Shown one piece after another: positions 29,742 through 37,622 of a stretch of DNA of 37,622 nucleotides. Origin of the DNA: Chrysochromulina tobinii. Taxonomy: Eukaryota. Location of the stretch: NCBI GenBank assembly GCA_001275005.1, contig JWZX01003153.1, positions 1 to 37,622 on the forward strand. Reading direction: 5' to 3'. Numbering within the stretch: position 1 is the stretch's first letter; each line of letters opens with the position of its first letter. Both the position numbers and the translations under genes were made by a program. The notes beneath the pieces were generated by a model. It worked only from the letters and a program-made list of their open reading frames with translations. It had not been told where the DNA came from and made no database searches.

Positions 29742-32700
29742 TTAAACACGCACGACACCTCCCGCCTTTGGCGAGGCGAGACCAACGCGCCGGCTCCCCG
29801 TGTGCGTGAGTCGCCTCGTCAATGACGCGACCGCACGCGATGCACCGACCGGCGACTGGCTCTTCGTGGCCGCATCCCATCCCTCAGCCGGCTGTCGCGT
29901 TGCCCCGTCCCCCGGCATGCCCTCTTCCGAGTGCGCATCGGCGCCAAGGAAGATGCTGCCCTCGGCTGCGGCCGCCGGGTCGATCTCCCTCAGGCTGAGC
30001 GGCCCGTGCCCGCGTGCGCCGCCGCGGCGCAGCGCGGGGGGCGACAGGCTGGGTGGCGGCTCCAAGTGCGTCATGCTGAGTGTCAGGTTGATGCTCGCTG
30101 CAGCCCGCCGCCACCGAAGAGGGTAGTACGCGACCGAAGAAGAGAACTGCGCAGCTCCAAGGCCCCCTGCAGCCCCCTTGGGCACATCCTTCAGAAGGAC
30201 GCTGAGCTGCTTCTCGAGCTTCCTTGCATTGGGGACGAGCTCAATCTCAAACATCCCACGTCCGAGCAGTGTCGAGGTCACATCCCCGCCAGCCTCACTT
30301 CCCCTATCGTACACCGTGACGGAGATCGCCAGACGGCTGGACTGCAGTGATGAGACGTGGCAAGTGTATGAGTTTGGCCAGCGTACAGCATCGACATGTC
30401 GACCCTTGAAGGCATCTTTGAGGTCCTCGGTGCGCACGAGCTCCGAGTCCCCGTGATGAAAGACGACGTACGGGTCAGCGCCACCCTTGACGTCCGTATT
30501 AGGAAGACCGCGCGCTTCCAACTCAGTGACCGTGAGAGAGTAATTTGCTCTGGCCGCCGCGTGCGCAGCCGTCGACTCGGCCGCGGCGGCGTCTTTGGTC
30601 ACCCGCCACGGTGCCCGCTCCTGCTGCCGGCGAGCCGCATCGAATGCTCGGGCACGGCGCAGCTGATATCCTTCGGGAGGTGCCGCTGGGGGATGGCCGC
30701 CGATGGTAGGCGCGTAACCACGCGGCGGAGGAGAACCTACGAGCTCTAAGGGATGAGGGCGTGGTGGGCCGTATGGTGTCGCGTGGCATGTAGTACCGGG
30801 GGGCGGCAGGGGCCGCGCAGCCAGCGGGCCCGTCACGTACCCCACCGAATTCGCAAACGTGCACTCGAGGCTCTTGCGCGTGTGCTCGGCAATCGGGGCG
30901 GGCGTAGGGCGCATGAAGAGTGGCACGATGACACGTGGCAGTAGAAGCTCCTCAGCCCGTGGGGTGGCACCGGGCTTGGCGATTGCGGCTTTCGCGCTCG
31001 TGTGAAGCTGCGACAGGTGGCGTGGATGGAATGGCACAGAGGCAGGCAAGAGAGTAGGGTTGACTGTGTCGGTGGAGGGCACCTCGACGACCACCTGGAA
31101 GGGAGAAAGCATGTGATGCGGCTGCAGACCGATGACGTGCGCCACGTCAAAGGGCACATGCGCCACTGGCCCTGCCTCCTCATGCCCAGGCACCGTAATG
31201 GCCTTCATCAAGTAGTGCGGCGACTCACGCATAATGTGCGCGGGCAGCGGAAAGGGCACTTGCACGAACTTGAGCCGAATGTAGAAGGTAATCTCGAGAG
31301 GGAGATTGGTAAAGTGGCGCGCGCCCGTGTGCAGTGGCACCACGCCGTCGCAAGGCGCATGCCCGTTCTGAAAGAAGAGGTTGGGCCTGCCACGCTCAGG
31401 GATCAAAAGCTGATCGACCGTCGTGAGCTCGGTGGGCAGATGGGCTGTCAGCTTGCGGAGCGCGACGCGCCGCTCGCCGATTGCCTCCAGGTCAGCTTTG
31501 CGCTCCATTTCATCGCGAACCGTCACTGCGTGCTTGGCGCGGAGTACCTGCCACACTCACGACCATACCGAGGGCGGTCAGAGAGGACGTGAGCACATGG
31601 AACTCGAATGGAACTCAAATGGCCATGCGAGTGGTAGAAATTGAGTGGCAATCCGGGGATGCTTGGTGTGCAGCCAACCTCGACATGATGTCGCGCGTCA
31701 TCGATGGCTCCTTCGAGCTTACGGCATGCGAGGGTCGCCTCATGCCACTCGCGCTCAAGCCGCTCGACCACCCCGAAGACCCGTGCAAGCCACACGATAA
31801 AGACAGTGGCTGATTGGCTCACGAACTTGGCATCCTCGTACGTGAGCACCGCGGTCGCGCCGCCGCCTGCGCCGCCGCCTGCGCCTGTGCCGCAGGTGGC
31901 ACCGGCGCCCCTTGCGCTGCTGCCTACCATGCTGCCTGTGCCTGTGACAGTGGCTGCCTCGTGCAGGGCAGCGATCGAGGCCGCATTTGACGAGGGAACG
32001 ATCTTTCGTCCCGAGTGATCGCGCGTGCGGACGGACGGATGCATCGGCATCGTCGACGTCACTCGTCGGTCGACGCACGCTCGCACTGCGGACATGACGT
32101 GCGGCATTGTCAGGACGCATCGGGGGTCGAAGTGTAACAGACGTGTCTTGAGATCAGCGCGCACGATCGTCAGTCGCGCCTCCTCCCAAGATAATAGCGC
32201 CGCAGCCACCGACGCCGCCGCACCGCCACCGACGCCGCCAGGAGCAGCACCATTGCCGCTGCCGCCTCCCCTTCCTCTGGCATCAGCACCGCCGCCGTTG
32301 GCGCCAGCGGCGGTACCACGCGTCGGTGAGAGTGGTCGGCCGTGCGAGAGAGGTCCATGCGAGAGAGGTCCATGCGAGAGAGGTCCATGCGAGAGAGGTC
32401 GGCCGCTCGCCTTATGCGCTGCGCGCTCTGCCTCGGCGGCCGTATCTGCGGACAGCAACGTGGCGACGCACCGGCCGAGGAGTTGGATCACGAGTGGAGG
32501 CGCTGCCTGCTTGCACAGGTTGCGCAGCTCGTCGATATCCGAAGGCGACACACCACGGGCGAGGTCCACCGCCATCGTGCCCATGGACTCGTCACTGAAG
32601 TTCGACGCGCGGTCCCTCACCTCCTTGGAAAGGGCCTCCTCATTCAACTTCAGAATGGCCTCGGCGGCCGTGAGGCGCGCCTGCAGCCGGCGCGAGCTCT

Positions 32701-33436
32701 CCTGCGGCTCGGGATGGAGCTCCTTGGGTGTCAGTGCGTTGAGCAGACGCTCGACGGGCTCCAGCACCGCGTCCGTGCTGCCGCGCAGTGCGCTCCGCCG
32801 CTGGGCTCGCAGCGTCGCCTTGGTCTCTGTGGCTTCCGTCGGTTGAAGAAAACGCAAGTGGGACAGGCCGCTCAGGCCGTCATGGACGCGCGCGCCAGCG
32901 CCGTCCGCAACATCTTCCGCGCTCCCCCCGTCGGCGACGGCGTGCACGCTCGACACGGGTGCCAGCGACACGTTGCCCGATCCGGTGGCAGCTGTGGCAT
33001 CGGCCAATGCACGCGGCTCATCGAAGCTGTTGGGCAGCCCACGATGGCGTGAACGGTAGTCGAAGAGAAGTTGCTCGTGCCTTGCAGTCCAGGCACCCTC
33101 GGGTCTAGCTGCCGGCGGCTGCTGCTGCACGTCGCTCGGCGTGCTTCCTACCGCCGCTGCTGCGGGCACGGCGGAACCCTTGTCGCGCCGCTGCAAGAGC
33201 GCTGCCATGAGCAGCTCGTCCTCCGTCGGTGGAGGAGGCTCTGGTGGTGGCTGCAAAGACTGGACCTGCGAGTGGCTCACGCGGCCGCTGCCGCCAAACA
33301 GCGTCTGCCTTCTGCGAGCGCGCAAGAGTTGCTGCATCGATGTGCCCTGCTCCGGGTCGTAGGCATCGCCGTCGACGGGGGCGCCTGCGCCGCGCACCAA
33401 GCGAACGGAGCTGGGATAGTAAGGATCGTCGCCCAT
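29742..33436 (-). CDS. ~1187-aa protein with a dynein stalk/MTBD-like module and a C-terminal C2 domain; exons 33436-31679 and 31547-29742
   Basis: Phase-0 intron GAG|GTTGGC...GTGGCAG|GTA (131 nt) fuses the 637-aa and 604-aa ORFs. C2: LTVTELEARGLPNTDVKGGADPYVVF..VRTE..RWP..VTVYDR..LLGRG. MTBD-like: DIDELRNL..PPLVIQLLGRCVATLL..SWEEARLTI..LKTRLLHFD..TYEDAKFVSQSATVFIVWLARV. Confidence 0.78.
32343..32400. repeat. 15-bp tandem repeat x4 (ATGCGAGAGAGGTCC) encoding PLSHG repeats
   Basis: Directly visible within the minus-strand CDS. Confidence 0.9.
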
Positions 33437-33544
33437 GGCCGGACCGGACAGTCAAGTCCCAAAATTCTGTCCGCTTCTCAACGCAAACATTAGAGCATGC
33501 ACGCATGCAAGAAAAATCAATGCCTACAAAAGTAGACAGCGGTT

Positions 33545-34430
33545 AAATCAAGTTAACAACGTGAATTCCTTTTGTAAGGTTTAAGCGCACCGTCTCAGCA
33601 CGTGCCTCATCAGCGGTGAAGAGGACGGCTAGTTCTTGCGACTGGGGGTGAAGATGAGGGGCGAGAACGTCACCAAGATCCAGCATCCAAGCGGCTTTCG
33701 GGTACGAGGGCATGTCCGAGACCGGTCCATACTTTACCACATGTACCCCTGCCGAGCGCACAACGAGACGGACGGGGACGAAGTGAAATGGGGGAAGGGG
33801 TTGGTTCAGAGGTGGAAGGCTGCCAAGCGCGCAGCCCCATCTTGATCGTGATCGATGGGCCGATGGGGCCATCTGTGGAGACCTCTGCGGCCATCTGTGG
33901 CCACATGACCATGCATCGCACGCAGTGCGCCTTCCATCGCGCGCAGGGGCATCACGGAAGCAATGCATCGCACGCAGTGCGCCTTCCTCAGGGCGAGATC
34001 ACATCATCGCGGATTGCTCCGAAAGGTAAATTCCAAATGTTCGCGTCTCATCATCGGAAGGCCGCACCAATGGCTAGGGCCAAGGCGAAGCAGCGCAGGG
34101 GTGGCAAAGGATCAGCAGGCCACAGCAGCCCCCACCTGTAGGTGCGGCCCTTATGCGCCAAGAGCAGCATATGGCTGTAGCCGAAATAGTAGCCGAAGGC
34201 GAAGTCAAACAGCTCTGCAGCGTGCACCACCTCTTCCGCCGATGGGCTACCGATGGGCTTTCCAGCGGGTTCAGCAACTCGACGATGAGTTGCGCGCGCA
34301 CTTTTGCAGATACCTGGACATTGCAGCGGAGGCCAGGTCGATTAGCCGCAGCTTCGGCGACTGCTATAGCGCGTTCACTTTTGAGTGAGAGAGGCATGCA
34401 GGCATGCAAGGCAAGAAGGGACCATTAGGC
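33545..34430. pseudogene. Degenerate coding-like remnants, including a possible F-box-like fragment
   Basis: Short stop-interrupted frames; QQLDDELRAHFCRYLDIAAEARSISRSF at about 34272-34356 resembles an F-box; a ~25-bp local duplication at 33911 and 33963. Confidence 0.3.
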
Positions 34431-34544
34431 ATGCATGCAAAGAGAGAGGCATGTAGGCAAGCTTTGGCACATCTTTCAGCTCAAGCTCAAGCGAAGAGCT
34501 CGAGCTCGCATATCACGTGCCCACGTCGTCGACGATGTGCTGCG

Positions 34545-34861
34545 CGGGGTTTTTTATGCAGGTTTTTTACATGTAAATAAGGAATGGGTTTTATGCAATT
34601 GCATGCCATCGGTCACGGCGTTCGCAATGTTTTATCGATATTTCTACTTTAAGAATACTGACTGAATTGTGATAAGTTCACGCAACGCTCTCCACTGGCA
34701 CTGAGTCCCAGGCAGGGGCCGAGCCCTGGTACCGAAAGTAAAGTACAACCTGACTTGACTCGGTACTGTACAGGTAGGTGAGGCGGCATCTGCGCATCAA
34801 CGCATTCTGCGACGATTCTCGCTGGCTGATCCTCCACTGGCGCTGCACGACGCCCGCCCCC
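34545..34861. repeat. Direct repeat copy A (3' flank of the LamG receptor gene)
   Basis: 34732-34861 is nearly identical to 37494-37622; 34545-34724 is a diverged match to about 37125-37318. Confidence 0.92.
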
Positions 34862-35000
34862 CTCTCTGCCCCCTATTCGAAAGTCAGGCGAATCTTCTCA
34901 TCTGCGAGCCACCAGGCACCGCTCAAAACGAGTGCCCATCCTTGTGCACGCTCAGCCAGACGACGGAGGGGACGTGCAGCTCGGGGAGATCGGTCGATAA

Positions 35001-37106
35001 TCACTCGAGTGCTTCAACGATCTCATCGTCCGGTTTCACGCCCCACTTCATGTCAGCAGGTCCCCTTGACTTTTCCCTCGAAATTTCGACGCCATCGCCG
35101 CTCCGCCCGGCGCCATCGCCGCTCCGCCCGAGCTCAGTCATCAGCCTCGCCACCTGTGCGGCCATCGTCAAATCTGGACGCGCGACAATGCCCAACGACT
35201 CGTTGGCAGCAGCTACCACCTTCGCGACGGGTAGCCCTTCTTCGAGCCCAAGCTCCGATGCGATGAACGCGACCTTCTCTGACATCGTCTTCGGTTCGAG
35301 TTGGGAGAAGCCGGGCTTCTTGAAGAGGCGTGGGCCGGGAGCTCTCATAGCAGCGGCGCGAGCGATGGCACTCCCCCCGAGCTCCTGTCCCCATTCCGCT
35401 GTGCGTTGGCTGCGAGAGCGGCGCGCGCCGAGGGACACTTCGATGGAGCCTGAGGTGCAGCTGCGGCCGCCGTAGAACGAGGCGGCTGCGGTGGCGCCCT
35501 CGACGCGCTCGCGCAGCTTGACGAGGCGAAGGCGGCGGCGACGAAACAGGAGCGCGCTCACGACGGCGCCAAGTAGGGCGAGAACCGCCACGGTGGCGAC
35601 GACGGCAGCCTCGGCCCCAACACCTCCACCAGCGCCAGCGGACAGGCCGCTCGGTACGGAGAGCGGCAGCAAGGGCGGCGGCGGTGGCGAGTGCGGTGGC
35701 GCCGGAGGCCGGTGCGGCGGCGGTGGTGGCGACGGCGAGGGCGAGGGAGGCGGTGGTGGTGGCGACGGCGAGGGCGGTGGTGGCGACGGCGACGGCGAGG
35801 GAGGCGGTGGCGACGGCGACGGCGAGGGAGGCGGTGGCGGCGGCGAGGGAGGCGGAGGCGGTGGCGGCATACAGACGTGGTGGGTCTGGCCTTGCCGACA
35901 ACCCCATACGATCCCGATAAGCACCATGGAAACGTCTTCCAAACCCGCACAGCACGGCATGGAGTAGGGGGTGCTTGGGCCGCTGCCGCTACCCTGATGC
36001 CAGACACTAAGCTGCCCTTCGTGCGTGCAGCAAGTGCGGGCCCCGTACGGCGGGAGAGGCGGCGCGCGGCACATGACACGGGACGCTAGGCAGATATCAG
36101 GGTCCGCCTCTGTGCATTCGTGCAGCCCCGCACAGCATGGGAAGTCGGGAGAGTGACGGTTCCCGCCTTCGGGGGTGCACGGGCTGGGCGGTGGCGGTGA
36201 CGGCGAGGGCGGTGGCGGGGACGGCGAGGGCGGCGGCGGCGGCGGCGGCGGCGGCGACGGCGGCAAGGGCGGCGACGGTGGCGGCGCTGCCCCACACCAC
36301 GTGCGCATCATCAAGACGAGTGGCGCTGGCGTGCTCGGCAGGCCGCCACCGAGCCGCACGCCATCCAGCTGCGCCGGGCTGAGGGTGACGTCCCACACCA
36401 GCAGGTCCTTCATCTGGCCCGTGAACATCGGGTCGCCCCAGCTGCTCTTGCCCACGTACAGGTTCGAGCGGCTCACCGGCAGCGGGAAAAGCATCGACGA
36501 TGTCGTCGCGACGCTCGCACCGTTCCAGTAGATCTGGGCGGGCCCGTAGGTGGCGGTGAGGTTCGCACGCGACTGCACGACCGCGACGTGAGTCCACACG
36601 TTTGCGGGGAAGGACGGCGGGCTTGCATATAGTACGGACTCGGCGCCAAACCCATGCATCACTTGGTATGCCATTGGGGACTGAAATGACAAAACTACGT
36701 TGTCCGCCCATCGACCGTTGCCAAAATCAATGACGCGTTCCCACGAAGAGCCTGTCTGCGTGCGGTAGACCCACGCGCAGAGCGTGAAGCCAAGCCCCCC
36801 GCCGACGAGTCCGGTGCGCGACGTGGCCGTCAAGTAGGAGGTCGCCGCCCCTGTGAAGGTGTATGCGCCGTCGACGGCGCACAGCGGCGGAGGCGGCGAG
36901 GTCGTTTGGCATTCAACGCTCGCCATCCTGTCGAAGCTCAGGAGGATAGCCAGCCAGACACTCCATGGAGCAGCACATCCCGGCTGCGACCTTCCTCGCC
37001 GACTCTCACTTGCTCCTTGCGTCCCGTCTCGCATCGTGCACGAACGCAGTGTTCTACACAGCCCCACCAACCGTACAATGAGGCTAGCCATCGCAAAGAA
37101 GACCAT
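35001..37106 (-). CDS. Type I membrane protein: signal peptide, LamG domain, Pro-rich stalks around two Cys-rich modules, TM, cytoplasmic helical domain
   Basis: SVWLAILLSFDRMASVEC; LamG GFTLCAWVYR..WERVIDFGNG..WTHVAVV..IYWNG..LYVGKS..FTGQMKDLLVWDVTLS; SPPPP repeats; TM AVVATVAVLALLGAVVSALLF followed by RRRR. Confidence 0.88.
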   Translation of the reverse strand: MVFFAMASLIVRLVGLCRTLRSCTMRDGTQGASESRRGRSQPGCAAPWSVWLAILLSFDRMASVECQTTSPPPPLCAVDGAYTFTGAATSYLTATSRTGLVGGGLGFTLCAWVYRTQTGSSWERVIDFGNGRWADNVVLSFQSPMAYQVMHGFGAESVLYASPPSFPANVWTHVAVVQSRANLTATYGPAQIYWNGASVATTSSMLFPLPVSRSNLYVGKSSWGDPMFTGQMKDLLVWDVTLSPAQLDGVRLGGGLPSTPAPLVLMMRTWCGAAPPPSPPLPPSPPPPPPPPPSPSPPPPSPSPPPPSPCTPEGGNRHSPDFPCCAGLHECTEADPDICLASRVMCRAPPLPPYGARTCCTHEGQLSVWHQGSGSGPSTPYSMPCCAGLEDVSMVLIGIVWGCRQGQTHHVCMPPPPPPPSPPPPPPSPSPSPPPPSPSPSPPPPSPSPPPPPPSPSPSPPPPPHRPPAPPHSPPPPPLLPLSVPSGLSAGAGGGVGAEAAVVATVAVLALLGAVVSALLFRRRRLRLVKLRERVEGATAAASFYGGRSCTSGSIEVSLGARRSRSQRTAEWGQELGGSAIARAAAMRAPGPRLFKKPGFSQLEPKTMSEKVAFIASELGLEEGLPVAKVVAAANESLGIVARPDLTMAAQVARLMTELGRSGDGAGRSGDGVEISREKSRGPADMKWGVKPDDEIVEALE

Positions 37107-37124
37107 CTGCTGCGGGTTAGTTGC

Positions 37125-37622
37125 AAGGGTTATTTGTGCAGGTTATTTGTTACATGTAAATGGCAAATGGGTTTTATGAATATGCAATTGCATGCCGTCA
37201 GTCGCGGCGTTCCGAATCGAATGTTTGGTGTCGAATCTCCTATCGACATTTCAGAGACTGAATTGTGATAATTCTACTGAACACGCTCCTGGCACTACGT
37301 CACAGGCAGGGGCCGAGCGGCGAAGGCCTACCGGACGTCGCGCTGTATCGTGCGGGTGTGTTGGTGGGTTTGGATGGTACATGGTTATGAGGTTCGTCTG
37401 TGTGATCCGTGTGCCACGGTGTGCGCCCGTGTGCATGGCCCGTGTGTCTCTTGTGTCATGTGTGTCCCGGCTCCCCCTGTCTTTTTACCGGTTCCGAAAG
37501 TCAAGTACAACCTGACTTGACTCGGTACGTACATGTAGGTGAGGCGGCATCTGCGCATCAACGCATTCTGCGACGATTCTCGCTGGCTGATCCTCCACTG
37601 GCGCTGCACGACGCCCGCCCCC
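37125..37622. repeat. Direct repeat copy B (5' flank of the LamG receptor gene), with a ~170-bp TG-rich insertion; runs off the window
   Basis: Shared blocks tgcaggtt..tacatgtaaat..atgggttttatg..atgcaattgcatgcc..gactgaattgtgataa..caggcaggggccgagc, then an insertion at about 37319-37487, then ccgaaagt..aagtacaacctgacttgactcggtac... identical to the window end. Confidence 0.92.

Noticed and set aside
19981..33436. A functional ciliary/trafficking gene cluster (Stx6-N, Rab18, IFT43, EF-hands, MTBD-C2)
   Set aside because: Mixed strands, interspersed unrelated genes (plastid protein, PP2C), and such genes are abundant in flagellates; no synteny evidence available.
34545..37622. Autonomous LTR retrotransposon
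   Set aside because: No gag/RT/integrase ORF, no clear TG..CA termini, PBS or PPT; the interior is a cellular receptor-like gene.

Overview
GC-rich, gene-dense eukaryotic nuclear DNA. It holds about 22 protein-coding genes, short intergenic gaps and few introns (about 110-140 nt, GT..AG). The host is most plausibly a flagellated haptophyte alga (Chrysochromulina/Prymnesiales-like). This is an inference from IFT43, a bipartite plastid plus twin-arginine targeted protein, (GACTT)n microsatellites and the compact layout. Confident calls: Rab18, IFT43, a myristoylated PP2C, a SMYD-like SET protein, a PAPS sulfotransferase divergent from a GT34-like glycosyltransferase, a Syntaxin-6 N-domain protein, EF-hand proteins and two LamG-domain membrane proteins, one of which (1..1506, minus) is absent from the ORF track. 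Most unusual: (i) a spliced ~1187-aa protein joining a dynein stalk/microtubule-binding-like module to a C2 domain with no motor; (ii) a PP2C broken by a +1 frame change whose first frame ends at CTT-TGA; (iii) an LYR-SAM fusion; (iv) a SNARE-less, TM-less Syntaxin-6 Habc protein ending RRRRRRWYAWCC; (v) a LamG/Cys-knot/proline-rich receptor gene bracketed by direct repeats with two levels of divergence. No rRNA, tRNA, CRISPR array or intact transposon was recognised. All domain calls are by-eye motif recognition, not database searches.
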